Source of the DNA: Octopus vulgaris
Lineage: Eukaryota
NCBI GenBank assembly: GCA_951406725.2
Contig: OX597827.1
Span: 56,110,001-56,174,000 of the forward strand
Reading direction: 5' to 3'
DNA length: 64,000 bases
Part shown: in pieces, positions 12,732-25,592 of the stretch
Position numbering within the stretch: position 1 is the first letter of the stretch
How the letters are laid out: each line of letters starts with the position of its first letter
Notes under the pieces: generated by a model
The model's database searches: none
The model's input: the letters and a program-made list of their open reading frames with translations, nothing else
What the model was told of the DNA's origin: nothing
Position numbers and translations under genes: made by a program

Positions 12732-12927
12732 GTTGTTGTTGTTATTGTCTCAGAGTAACAATAAATTTTCAGTAAAATGGAATCTTATAATTTGGTTTTG
12801 TCATCAGTCACGATAACTTCATGTTGCTAATATACTTACTGTGATCCGAAATGGAATATTGCTCCTACATCTGTGAGGGTGATCCTTGGAATTTGTATGT
12901 GCACTCACACACACACACACACACACA

Positions 12928-12962
<35 letters not shown>

Positions 12963-13202
12963 ACACACGCACACCCTTTCTTTCTCTTAAACACACACAC
13001 ACTCGCACACACTCTCTCTCTCATACACACACACAGACTCCATCACATATACACACACTTTCACACATACACACACACACACACACACTCTCACATATAC
13101 ACACTCTTTCTCTCTTCTCTCACATACACTCACATACACACTTTCTCTCACATACACTCTCTCTCTTTCTCTTTCTTCTCTCTCTCTCTCTCTGACACAC
13201 AT

Positions 13203-13236
<34 letters not shown>

Positions 13237-13268
13237 AGCCAGAGAAGGCACATTTTTCTCCACAAAAA

Positions 13269-13480
13269 GGTGGCAAGCTGACAGAAATGTTAGCACGCCA
13301 GGTGAAATGCTTAGCGATATTTTGTCTGTCTTTACATTCTGAGTTCAAATTCCGAGGTCAGCTTTGCCTTTCATCCTTTCGGAGTCAATAAATTAAGTAC
13401 CAGTTGCATACTGGGGTTGATCTAATTGACTGGCCTCCTCCCCAAAAATTTTGGGCCTTGTACCTAGAGTAGAAAAGATT
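13269..13480 (+). mobile_element. SINE family B (CORE-like)
   Basis: ggcaagctgacagaaatgttagc...gagttcaaattcc...tttgcctttcatcc. Confidence 0.75.
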
Positions 13481-13787
13481 CTTCCCCATAAGCATATAAG
13501 ACCAGCATTGAATTTTGTTGGTGCTAGCGATGATGATGAGGATGAGAATGATGTGTTTATCTACTTATTTACTTAATTAGTCATAATTAATTCCTATTAG
13601 ATAATTAATTAAAAATTATTGTAATTGATTCATGTAATTCATACACGATAATAAAATTAATGCATTCAGAATTATTAGTAAACTTTTGAAAAACCTTTCT
13701 CTGTGTCATTTGTTTTTCTTTCTCATCCGCGAACTTTTAATAAACCAATGCATGCTTTCTCTGTGTCTTTTTTTTTTATTTCTTCAG

Positions 13788-13921
13788 GTGAGCTATATTC
13801 TTGGCCTGAAGAACAGTGCTGTGTTTTTGTCAGTGTATGATATGGATGGAAAAGAACTTAAAGTAGTTGAATCTAAAAGTAAAACAAAACCAGAGGTTTG
13901 GTACAAGTTTGGAATCCAAAG
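13788..13921 (+). CDS. LAMA: Laminin alpha-like exon D, LG1 (VSYILGLKN...VWYKFGIQR)
   Basis: Polypyrimidine tract + cag, AG|gtaac donor, phase 0-2; WY..I.R LG motif. Confidence 0.88.
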
Positions 13922-14233
13922 GTAACATTTTCTAATAATTGCTTATATCATATACTTTCTAAGACTATCTCAGACCCCCTTCGGTCACGACACAGATCAT
14001 GAGATTGCACCTAAAAAGTTACCCTCCAAGGCACAAGTCCAAGCAAAGTTGTTTATAGAAGACCAGCAGTCGCCCATGCAAAACGGGCTCCCCTCTCCAC
14101 GCCACCAGTGTTATCCAAGGGAAAGGCAACGGCCGATACAGCTTCCATAAACCTTACAATTGTGAATCAAATACCCTAACCACTAAACTATGTGTCAGAA
14201 TGGGAAAGAGAAAAATGACAAAAAGAAGCAGAC

Positions 14234-14399
14234 AGGCGCAGGAGTGGCTGTGTGGTAAGTAGCTTGTTTACCAACCACATGGTTTCGGGTTCAGTCCCAC
14301 TGCGTGGCACCTTGGGCAAGTGTCTTCTACTATAGCCTCGGGCCGACCAAAGCCTTGTGAGTAAATTTGGTAGACGGAAACTGAAAGAAGCCCGTTGTA

Positions 14400-14468
<69 letters not shown>

Positions 14469-14672
14469 GTGTGTGTGTGTTTGTCCCCCTAGCATTGCTT
14501 GACAACTGATGCTGGTGTGTTTATGTCCCCGTCACTTAGCAGTTCGGCAAAGGAGACCGATAGAATAAGTACTTGGCTTACAAAGAATAAGTCCCAGGGT
14601 TGAGTTGCTCGATTAAAGGCGGTGCTCCAGCATGGCCACAGTCAAATGACTGAAACAAGTAAAAGAGAGAGA
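14234..14672 (+). mobile_element. SINE family A, full length
   Basis: A-box and B-box-like head (tggctgtgtggtaag, ggttcagtccc), complete body and tail. Confidence 0.88.
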
Positions 14673-15007
14673 GACATGAAATAAGGCTTCCACTATCAAT
14701 GACTACTCAGCTTGGTTGCCCTAAACACTTCCTATAAATAAAGGAGCATTCTATTCAGAAGGAAAGTTCTCATGCTATTAACACTACAGTCAGTAACTTG
14801 CTGAATTCTTATAGATAATGTGAGAAATGTCTAACACACTCACATAGACATTTGCATTCATACACACACACACTCAGATATACATGGTTTACACACATAC
14901 TTAAGGATGCTCACTCATGTAAACAGAAACACACACACACACACACAAGGGTGAGTCAGAAAATATTGCAATTTTTATTTGCTTTACTTTCTGACTCATC
15001 TTCATTT

Positions 15008-15048
<41 letters not shown>

Positions 15049-15069
15049 AATATATTTGTGTGTATGTTG

Positions 15070-15112
<43 letters not shown>

Positions 15113-16841
15113 CATATATATATATATATATGTTGATGTTAGGAAGGCCATCCAGCTATAGAAATCATGCCAAAGCTGATACTGGAGCTCAGTGTTGCTC
15201 TGCAGCTTGCCAAATCCTGTCCAACTATCCGATTCGTGCCACCATGGAAAGTGGACATTAAATGATGATGATGGTGGTGGCAGTGTCAGCAGCAGCAGCA
15301 GTGACGAAGATGATGATGATAATGATGTATTATTATCCTCATCATCATCATCATCATCATCATTTAGCGTCCGTTTTCCATGCTCATATATTATTAATTT
15401 TTACAAGGAAAATGGTTGACATCAACTTTGAAGTTTCGGATTGCGCACCATCATCACACTGTTATCATTATAGACTAGCCGCTAGCAAACCGAAACTTTG
15501 AAGTTACTGCCAGAAAATGAACTTTACTAAAAGGAATCAATTAATCCTCTAGTTTCATGTGAAATTGTTTTTATGTATAACTTCTCATAAAACAAGCATT
15601 TATCAATCCATCCAACCAACCAACCAAGCAAAGGAGGGTATCTATGGACAACTGCTTTGAAACCTCCAGCTTCTATATACAGACTATGAATTCATATTCA
15701 TATCAAATTGGAGCACTATGTTTTGTTAGTAAATGCTTAAAGGATAATCTGGATAAACTGGGATTTTCAGGAAGAGAAATTGACCGGCCGATCTGTACAT
15801 TACAAGTCCAATCTGTGAGTGGAACAGTAAAAATATGCAAGGCTTTTCTCAAGTTCCAAATGTGAATTTGTCTGTGTTAACTACATCTCAAAGATGGATC
15901 CTTCTGTCTTTGTTGGAGACCGACTCCCTCTTTAGTGGAAGATTTATAATAATTAAAAAATAGAATAGATATACATGCCTACATGTGTGTGTGTGTAATG
16001 TCATCATCATCATCATCATCATCACTTAACATCTATTTTTTGTGCTGGCATGGTATCGGACAGCTTGACAAGAACTGGCAAAGCCAGGGGCTACACCCAT
16101 TTCCATAGTTTGTTTTGGCTTGGTCTCTACAGCTGGATGCCCTTCCTAATGCTAACCACTCCACAGAGTGTACTGGATACATTTTGCATGGCACCATCAC
16201 TAGTGTTTTTTGTGTGGGACCAGCCCTCACACCAATGCTTTTCATGTGGCATCTTGGTTTCAAGATATCAACTGCGTTGCGGTGAGTGGGTCTTCTTGAA
16301 TACACCAATACACCACATATCTTGGTCCTGTTGTCTCCTTCATAAAGCTCAGCATTTTGAGATCAACCTCCATTACTTTATCTCATGTCTCCCTGGGTCT
16401 CCCTCTTCCGCAACTTCCCTCCACTGTAAGTGATTGGCACTTCTTTATGCAACTGTCCTCATCTATCCACGCTTAAAACTGACCCTACATTGGTTATGAC
16501 AATGAGTGTCCCTGTTCATCCAATCAATGGAGCAGCCTGCTCATGGAATTAATGTGCAAGTGGCGGAGCACTTCACAGACATGCCTAAAACTTAATATAA
16601 TTTTCAGGGAGATTCAGCATGATACGGGCCACTGTTGGGTATTGAAATCATGACCTTACAATCTTGAACTGAATACTGTAACCGCTAAGCCACATGCCTT
16701 CACACATACATCTAAGACTCAGTCATTCATATATTTGTCAATAGACTGGGTAAATGTATATATTTATAAATGTATAAAGTATTATTGATTCATTTCAGCC
16801 TATCTTCTAATTTGGTTTCGCTTTGGCTGTGAGATAACTTG

Positions 16842-16913
<72 letters not shown>

Positions 16914-17038
16914 CCTTTCTCTCCCCCTTTCTCTCTCTCTCCCTTTCTCTCTCTCTTTCTCTCTCTTCCTCCCTCCCCCCTCTCTCTCACATACACACAC
17001 ACACACTTATACATGTGTATACTTCTTAATTTTTCTAG

Positions 17039-17189
17039 AATTGGTCGAAACTTCAGCGTGACAATCAGCCCCATTTCAGCTGCAGCTCAAACAAATAAAG
17101 AAGTTGTTAAAATATTTCTCCCAAAAATAAATGCTGAGTACACAGCTCCTTCAGTTGCTTATGTTGGTGGTTATCCTGAGGAATTATGG
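17039..17189 (+). CDS. LAMA: Laminin alpha-like exon E, LG1 (IGRNFSVTI...AYVGGYPEELW)
   Basis: ttttctag acceptor, gtaag donor, phase 2-0; YVGGYP LG motif. Confidence 0.88.
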
Positions 17190-17444
17190 GTAAGATTATA
17201 TATTTTTCTATAGCAGGTCACGTGTACTTTAGATATTGTTACTGTGTCTATGCAAGGGACACTATCAGAAGATATATAGTGATGTGTTAATAGCATACTT
17301 CTACACACTTTCATATGTTATATCTTCTAAGCTATTTATAAACATTTTTAGTTTGTCACTTGGCAAGTGGTACATTGTGCAAGATAACAGAGCCTACAGT
17401 CCACAGTTGATTTAGCACTTTATTATATTTAGCACTGTTATATA

Positions 17445-17836
17445 GGTACAGGTATGGATATGTGGTAAGAGGCTTCCTTCCCAACTACATGGTCCTGGGT
17501 TCAGTTCCACTGCATGGTACCTTGGGCAAGTGTCTTCTTCTATAGATCCAAGGTTGAACAAAGCCTTGTGAGTAGGTTTGGTAGGTGGAAATGGAAAGAA
17601 GCCAGTAGTCTCTGTGTATGTGTGTGTGTGTGTGTGTGTGTGTTTGTCCCCCAATACCACTTGACAACTGGAGTTGGTGTGTTTACATCCCCTTAACTTA
17701 GCAGTTCAGCAAAAGAGAGCAATAGAATAAGTACCAGGCTTAACAAAAAATAAGTACTGGGGTAGAGTCATTTGATTAAAAATTCTTCAAGGCGGTACCC
17801 CAGCATGGCCACAGTCTAATGATTGAAACAAGTAAA
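17445..17836 (+). mobile_element. SINE family A, diverged
   Basis: Collinear with the copy at 14234. Confidence 0.8.
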
Positions 17837-18390
17837 AAAAAAAAATACAAGATTTCATTGGAGGTTTGCTTATGATACCTAACCAATGCCCTACCCCCCA
17901 CCCACCCAAAAAAAAAGCAGAGAAGTTACATTGCCTCCACAATTTTATATTTTCATATTCTTTAAAGGGTACATCTGATTATATAAAGTTAGCAAAATCG
18001 ATTCCGTTTATTGCATAAGTGTATCTATCACACACACAGTTTATTTAAACAGAATTCTTTTTCATTGATATACTGTGTTATATTTGAATATATGCATGTG
18101 TGAGTACTTTACATACATATTAATCTATCTATATATATATGTGTGTATATGTATACACACCCACAAACACATACAGATGTATGCATAAATGTATTCTTAA
18201 ATAAGAATGCTGTTGACAGTGATTTTGAAGTTTTGGCCAACTAAAGCCCTCGTCAGACTGGCCAAAACTTCAGCCACTGTCAACGACATTCTTGCAAAAG
18301 AATAATAAATTTGTACTCTAAAATAAGTATAGAGCAACCCTCCAGATTAATGTAAAATTATTTTTATTATAACTGAACATAAAAACAAAC

Positions 18391-18449
<59 letters not shown>

Positions 18450-18554
18450 CTGCTCGCTTAGCCAGCGGGGTGGCGTCATTTGAAGGCTAAAACAATGCGA
18501 ATGCATTGTGACCAGCGATGTGTAACAACATCTGATGGTCTGGTCGTAAAAAAA

Positions 18555-18750
18555 ATATATATATATATATATAGTATATACATATATACGTATATATTAT
18601 ACACATATATATGTATATATTATATACATATATATGTATATATTATATGCATATATATGTATATACTATATACATATATATGTATATATTATATACATAT
18701 ATATGTATATATTACATACATATATATTATATACATGATGATGATGATGA

Positions 18751-18805
<55 letters not shown>

Positions 18806-19007
18806 ATATTTATATATATTTCATACATATATTTTTATATTATATATACATATATATATATGTATATATATATATATTTTATACATATATTTTTATATTA
18901 TATATACATATATATATATGTATATATATTATATATATATATACATATATATTTATATATATATATATTTATATATATATATATATATACACATTATATG
19001 TCATATA

Positions 19008-19047
<40 letters not shown>
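18555..19047. repeat. Degenerate (TA)n-rich tract
   Basis: Directly visible. Confidence 0.9.
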
Positions 19048-19049
<2 letters not shown>

Positions 19050-19545
19050 CGTTTTGGGATTTGGTTTGCAAGATTCTTTATATGAGTTCATGTGTTGAAG
19101 CATATTCCGTTGTGTCTGGGGAGAGTCATTTTCTTTTTGTGCCTTATAATTTAACACACTCACCAGTAAAATTTCCACTTATTTCTTATTTTTATTTTCC
19201 TAAAATTTTTGTTGCGTCTTGCAACCTTTTCAATAGTCTTGACTCTGTATATTATTTACACTGTGTTCCTTTTTGTTTGTTTGTGCACATGTGTTTGGGT
19301 CAGTGTGTGTGTGTGTACCTATGCATGCATGTATGTATGTTTGTATGTGTGTATGTATGGATGTGTATGTAAATATATATGTGTTTGTATGCATATGTAT
19401 ATATGTATGTATGTGTGCATCTGTATGTATGTATTCTGCATATTCATGTGCTTGTATGTCTGTGTTTGTGTATTTTCTATGTACGAGTGTGTGTGAGCAT
19501 TTGTTTGTATATGTATGCACCTCTGTCTCCTTGTGTGTACATGTC

Positions 19546-19576
<31 letters not shown>

Positions 19577-20039
19577 GTGTCTGTGTGTTTTGCAACTATG
19601 TACCATGATTGTATGTATGGATGTGCATCTCTATATGTGTGGACCCATGTCTCCATATGTGTCCTTGTGTGGAGTAAAGTGTGTGTGTATATATGGTCAT
19701 GTGTTTCAGTTTCTATTTGTGTATGTGTGCTTGTCTATTCATATAACCTATGTACCTATCCATTTGTATGTTGAGCTGTTTATTTTGATATCCATATGCT
19801 TACATACAAAAAAAAATACACGTGCATACTGCATGCACACATACTCACACACACATACATACATCTATCTGCATAACAGTCCACTAACTATTCTACTCTA
19901 CCTGTGTAAACTGTGGGTATGGAGGTATGATATCTACTATGTATATTTCCTATTTAGTATTGGTGGGGTTTTATTTATAAGGTCGTACTCTCATATTTGT
20001 CTGAGTGTTGGGTCTTTTGGGTGCTTGGATACGATGCAG

Positions 20040-20530
20040 ATGTAGAGGCCACAGCCCATGGAGAACTAACCCGCAGATTTAGAAAAGCTCTGAAGGAGAC
20101 CAAACTCAACATTAAGATTGTTGAAAAGCCTGGGAACTCCATCAGATCACAACTGTATAGGACGTACCCATTTGAGAAAACCATATGCACCAATGATAAC
20201 TGCATGGTATATAGGATTAGCCCTGGCATTGACTGTAGAACTCGAAATGTAATTTACAGCATAAGATGCATAGAAGGTGCTTGTAAAGACATGAACATGA
20301 CATACATAGGGGAGACATCTAGGAGCATTGCAGAACAGATAAATGAACATCTAAGACAATATGACGACAAAAAACAGTCCTCGATACTCTACCAATATGC
20401 CAAAGACCATCATGGAGGCAAGTTGGGTCAACTTGACATCCGCATCTTATCCAAGTACCCAAAAGACCCAACACTCAGACAAATGCGGGAGTACGTCCTT
20501 ATAAATGAACCCCCCACCAATACTAAATAG
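20040..20530 (+). mobile_element. Penelope-like element fragment with GIY-YIG endonuclease
   Basis: C....C...(x)CRTRNVIYSIRC...C...YIGETSRSIAEQINEH = GIY-YIG motif preceded by a Cys linker. Confidence 0.85.
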
Positions 20531-20809
20531 GAAATATATAAAGTCAAAGTAATTTAATGAAAATTAATTTGAAAATGCATCATTTAAAACCAAAATTAAA
20601 AATTCCACAAGAACTTTCTTGACAACCTAATATATATATATATATAAATGTATGCATGTTTCCCTTGTCTAGGCAACTTATGTATGTATGTTTGTGTGTG
20701 TGGGTGTTGTATGTGTGACTGTGTATGTATGTGTATGTAAGAATGTGTGATTCATTCAACTATAGAAAACTCTTTTCCATACATATTTGATATTCTTTAT
20801 CAATAACAG

Positions 20810-20928
20810 AAAAACAAATTAAAACAGCTGGAAGGTTGTGTGGGGTCTCTTGATGTTGATGGACATGCTATGTCTCTGATGCAGCCTTTTTCAGATGGTT
20901 CTCAGCCTACACCTTGTACACATGGATG
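20810..20928 (+). CDS. LAMA: Laminin alpha-like exon F, LG1 end (KNKLKQLEGCVGSLDVDG...TPCTHG)
   Basis: aacag acceptor, TG|gtaagc donor, phase 0-2; GCV..L.VDG motif; this frame is not in the ORF track. Confidence 0.85.
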
Positions 20929-21268
20929 GTAAGCAGTTTACTTATTTTATTTTATTTTATTTTTGGATTGGTTTCTATGGCTGGATCTCCTTCCTAATGC
21001 TAGCCACTCCAGAGAGCGTACTGGGTGTTTTTATTTTTTGTTTTTTGTTTTTTTTATGTGGCACCAGAACCCACTCTAATGCTTTTAAGAAAAGGGTTAT
21101 ATACAGAATTAAATCTGCAATGTTCTTCTGATCTCTCACCAGTTTTATAAAAATCATAAAAGTATTGGGAGATTATTTTAAATATCATGTAGTTATTATT
21201 TTATTCTTAATTAGATACATAATAATTAACAATTCTAAATCCATTATGTGTTGTTTCTTGTTCCACAG

Positions 21269-21413
21269 TGGTGACAATTCTTCAATGGTCTTCGAAGGTA
21301 ATGGTTTTGCAGAATTTCACATTGATGATATCCTGAAGACTGGTTTAACATCAGTTCAGCTTAGCTTCAAGACATATCAAACAGATGCTTTGCTTTTATT
21401 TCTGAAGAATACA
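21269..21413 (+). CDS. LAMA: Laminin alpha-like exon G, LG2 start (GDNSSMVFEGNGFAEF...SFKTYQTDALLLFLKNT)
   Basis: ttccacag acceptor, gtaagt donor, phase 2-0; F.G.G and F.T...DALL motifs. Confidence 0.9.
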
Positions 21414-21659
21414 GTAAGTGCTTTTTGATCATTTTTTTTTTTTAAGGAAGTTTTTCTTTACTTCTGTTTTTGCTAAAAGCAAACAAGTTATACAGAGTAA
21501 TAGACCTAAGAACATTCAGGCAGCAAGCTGACAGAATTGTTAGCTTGCTGGGCAAAATAAAATGCTTAACAGTATTTCGTCCATCTTTATGTTCTGGGTT
21601 CAAATTCCGTAAAGATCACCTTTGCCTTTCATCTTTCCTGGAGTTGATAAAATAAGTAC

Positions 21660-21817
21660 CAGGAGTGGCTGTGTGGTAAATAGCCTGCTAACCAACTACA
21701 TGGTTCCAGGTTCAGTCCCACTGTGTGGCACCTTGGGCAAGTGTCTTCTACTCTAGCCTCGGGCCAACCAAAGCCTTGTGAGTGGATTTGGTAGATGGAA
21801 ACTGAAGGAATCCCATC

Positions 21818-21856
<39 letters not shown>

Positions 21857-22052
21857 CATGTATATGTGTGTGTATATGTTTGTGTGTCTGTGTCCTCCAA
21901 CATCGCTTGACATTGATGCTGGTGTGTTTACGTCCCCGTAACTCAGTGAGACTGATGGAATAAGTACTGGGCTTACAAAGAATAAGTCCTGGGGTCAATT
22001 TGCTCAACTAAAGGCAGTGCTCCAGCATGGCCACAGTCAAAATGACTGAAAC
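21660..22052 (+). mobile_element. SINE family A nested in a family B SINE (21520-22130)
   Basis: Family B sequence stops at aagtacc and resumes at acactggggtcaatgtaat. Confidence 0.75.
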
Positions 22053-22309
22053 GAATGATAGAAATGAACACTGGGGTCAATGTAATAGACTTACTTTCTC
22101 CCCTAAAATAGTGGACCTTGTGCCAAAATTTTGTTTATGCTACCTGTCTGTGTATCTACATACCTACATATCTACCTAGTTAATTATGTACCTCTCTGCC
22201 TAGCTACTGTACAGTTACATAGATCCCCAAATGCCCTCTTATTGCAAAACACACCTACTTTTATAGACAAAACTATTTTTTAATCTAGCTAGTCATCTCT
22301 CTCCCTCTT

Positions 22310-22350
<41 letters not shown>

Positions 22351-22858
22351 TCCTTCCACAAACACATATACTTGCACATATTAATATATGTTTGTAAGAA
22401 TCTCTTGTATATGGCTGAGAAAGATATCCACCATGTACGTAATGAACTTAATTTAAAATAATTACAAGAGAGCTAAAGGATATAACTTAAACCAGCTAAT
22501 GTAATGAATTTAGATCATTCATGTAGATGATCTGAAATTTACCACTAAGTTGGAGAAAGAACACAAAATCCTCACAGCAATTATTAGTTACGCTACAAGA
22601 AAAAGGGGAGATAATTTCAAGGAATTTAAAATTAATTTTGCAGAAAATTGAATTTTCATGTTAACGAAAAAAAATCTTATCTGCTTTTGTTGGTAAGGTT
22701 GACAGCTGCATACACGTTTCCATCTTAGATCTTCGTCAGCTCAGTATCATTGTTTTCAAAGCCACGAGGTAATTCATGATTAATTGAAAACAATGCAAAC
22801 AAACAAGCATTACATTATTTACATTCGACAGATATTTGTCCTCATCTTGTTTGTTGTT

Positions 22859-22904
22859 AACACAACGTTTCGGCTGATATACCCGCCAGCCTTCTTCAGG
22901 TGTC
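22859..22904 (-). ncRNA. Minimal type I hammerhead ribozyme motif
   Basis: GACAC-CUGAAGA-A-GGCUG(loop)CAGCC-GAAA-CG-UU-GUGUU: stem I, catalytic core, stem II, palindromic AACGUU stem III. Confidence 0.75.
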
Positions 22905-22953
22905 TTGGGGAAATTTTGAACCCGGGTTCTCATTCCTAAGGTATTTTTCGATG

Positions 22954-22986
<33 letters not shown>

Positions 22987-23501
22987 GTGTTCAGATCACT
23001 GCTTGGAGTCGAACACGGTATCTTAGGGTTAGTAGCCCGTGCTCTTAACCATTATGCCATATGCCCGTGGGCAATTATGGAGTGAATTTTAGGGCTTATA
23101 AATCTAATATTTTTCTATCCTTCCTTAATACCAGTTCCCATATGCTGGTAATATCTGCACTCGGTCTGGTTAGTGGTTAAGAGCATGGGCTGCTAGCTCC
23201 AAGATTCCGAGTTCAATTCCAAGCAGTGACCTGAACACTAAGAAGAAGAAGAACAACAACAACAATAATAATAATAATAATAACATCGAAAAATACCTTA
23301 GGAATGAGAACCCAGGTCTGCTTAGGAGGTTAGTGGTTAAGAGCACGGGCTACTAACTCCAAAATTCCGAGTTCGATTCCAAGCAGTGACCTGAACACTA
23401 AGAAGAAGAAGAACAACAACAACAACAATAATAATAATAATAATAATAATAATATCGAAAAATACCTTAGGAATGAGAACCCAGGTTCGAAATTTCCTCA
23501 A

Positions 23502-23547
23502 GACACCTGAAGAAGGCTGGAGGGCATATCAGCCGAAACGTTGTGTT
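23502..23547 (+). ncRNA. Minimal type I hammerhead ribozyme motif
   Basis: GACAC-CUGAAGA-A-GGCUG-gagggcauau-CAGCC-GAAA-CG-UU-GUGUU. Confidence 0.75.
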
Positions 23548-23659
23548 AACAACAAACAAGATGAGGACAAATATCCATCGAATGTAAATAATGTACATAA
23601 TTCCTCTTCTCCTAAATATAGAACTGTATTTTAAAGCTCCCTTTGGGTAAAGGGTAAAG

Positions 23660-23985
23660 ACTCCCTTCAGTCATGAATGACCATGGGCTTGCACCTAGAA
23701 AGTTCCCTTTCAAGGCACAACTCTGGGTAAGGTTGTTTATGGAAGGCCAGCAGTCACCCGTGCATACCAGCCTCCCATCTCAACGCCACTGATGTTATCC
23801 AAGGGAAAGACAAAGGCTGGTACAGCTTGGACCCTAGTGATGTTGCAATTCATTTCTACAGCTAAGTGAACTGGCGCAACGTGAAATAAAGTGTTTTGCT
23901 TAAGAACATAACACAGCCTGGTCTGGGAACTGAAATCACTACCTCATAATTCTGAGCTCAATGCTCTAACCACTGAACCATGCAC
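23660..23985 (-). mobile_element. tRNA-derived SINE family C
   Basis: Reverse match to 27931-28237. Confidence 0.75.
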
Positions 23986-24435
23986 CATGTTAACCCTAAA
24001 TATTATTCTTTTACATACAAATAGCATCAAAGAGTAATTCATTCTCTGAACATTTGGTTAATACTTCAATCTCTTATGGTGTTGCTGCTGCTGCTGCTGT
24101 TGTTGTTGTTGTTGTTGTTGTTGTTGTGGTGGTGGTGGTGGTGGTGGTGGTGGTGTTGGTGCTGGTGGTGGTAAAGCAACAAGACGGGTAAGGGTGATTA
24201 GGTGATGGTCTAGGGTTTAGGAGCGGGAGACCCCAGACCTTGGGGAAAAAAAAAAAACTTTGGTCGTCTTGTTGTAGTCGAGGGCTCTTCGTTGACACCC
24301 AACACCACTGGGAGGTGGCCCTAGAGGTCACTGGAAATGGAGGTCTCCAGGTCCAAATTCTTGAACAGCTGCTGCTGTTGCTGACCATCAAATGATACAA
24401 GTTATTAAAATACGTTTGTCATTGTCTTTTTCTAG

Positions 24436-24561
24436 AATTTTCAACTAATTGTCACATTGGAATCAGGCAATATCCTTATCCAGTATGAATTGGAAGATAC
24501 ACAGACAGCTAAGTTAAGTGGACCTAAAGAACTCTCCAATGGAATGTTGCACAAAATTCAG
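24436..24561 (+). CDS. LAMA: Laminin alpha-like exon H, LG2 (NFQLIVTLESGNILIQYEL...SNGMLHKIQ)
   Basis: tttttctag acceptor, CAG|gtagg donor, phase 0-0; NG..H.I equivalent of the DG.WH motif. Confidence 0.87.
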
Positions 24562-24667
24562 GTAGGTTTGTCATTCTCATATGTTTTTAACAACAATTAG
24601 AACAGGTACTGCTTGTAGTCATACTTATTACACAGCTGCTGCCAGGATTTTGAGATGGCAGTTCTTT

Positions 24668-25030
24668 CATCATCATCATCATTTAGCGTCCGCTTTCCAT
24701 GCTAGCATGGGTTGGACGGTTCAACTGGGGTTTGGGAAGCCAGAAGGCTGCACCAGGCCCAGTCTGATCTGGCAATGTTTCTACGGCTGGATGCCCTTCC
24801 TAACGCCAACCACTACATGAGTGTAGTGGGTGCTTTTTAAGTGCCACCGGCACAGGTGCCAGACGGGGCTGGCAAACGGCCACGGTCAGATGGTGCTCTT
24901 TACGTACCACCGGCACGGGAGCCAGGCGAGGCTGGCAATGGCCACAATCGGATGGTGCTTTTTACGTGCCACCAGCACGGAGGCCAGTCAGGGCAGTGCT
25001 GGCAATGGCCACAATCAGATTGACTTCGAT
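24668..25030 (-). mobile_element. RTE-tail-type retroelement with internal tandem units
   Basis: (cat)n tail then tttagcgtccgctttccatgctagc...; same family as 38052. Confidence 0.75.
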
Positions 25031-25592
25031 TTTGGTTCTGATTTGTATTTACATATACACATATGCCTTTTACTCTTTTACTTGTTTCGGTCATTTGACT
25101 GTGGCCATGCTGGAGCACCGCCTTTAGTCGAGCAAATCAACCCCAGGACTTATTCTTTGTGTTTTGGGTTCAGTCCCACAACATAGCACCTTGGATAGGT
25201 GTCTTCCACACAGCTCTGGGCCAACCAAAGCCTTGTAAGTGGATTTGGTTGAAGGAAACTGAAAGAATCGTGTATCATGTGTGTGTGTGTGTGTGTGTGT
25301 ATGCTTATGTTTGTCTCCTCCACTGGGAAACAACCAACATGGGTCTATTTTGGTCCCCCATAACTTAGCATTTGGAGAACAAGAGACTGAACAAATAAGT
25401 ACAAGGTTTAAAAGTATGTACCGGGGTCAGTTTGTCTGACTAAACCCTTCAAAGTGGTGCTCCAGCATGGCCACATTCCAATGACTGGAACAAGCAAATG
25501 GTAAAAAAGTAAATAAATGTTGAGTCCTTGTGTTTTGTGGAGAAGAAATATTTGTAATATTCAGAAAAGGTCATAAATAATAGAGCTTATAA

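Larger units (their letters stand above)
22757..23625. mobile_element. Penelope-like element end with inverted and tandem pseudo-LTRs
   Basis: 22810-23167 (-) matches 25830-26136; 23168-23316 and 23328-23600 (+) are inverted copies of the same terminal region. Confidence 0.8.

Noticed and set aside
18480-19774. Many overlapping Y/I/C/V-rich ORFs
   Set aside because: They arise from (TA)n and (TG)n low-complexity sequence.
22705-22745. Hammerhead-like CUGACGA...GAAACG on the - strand
   Set aside because: The stem II closing pair is broken, the cleavage position is G and stem I is unconvincing; it is at best a decayed relic.
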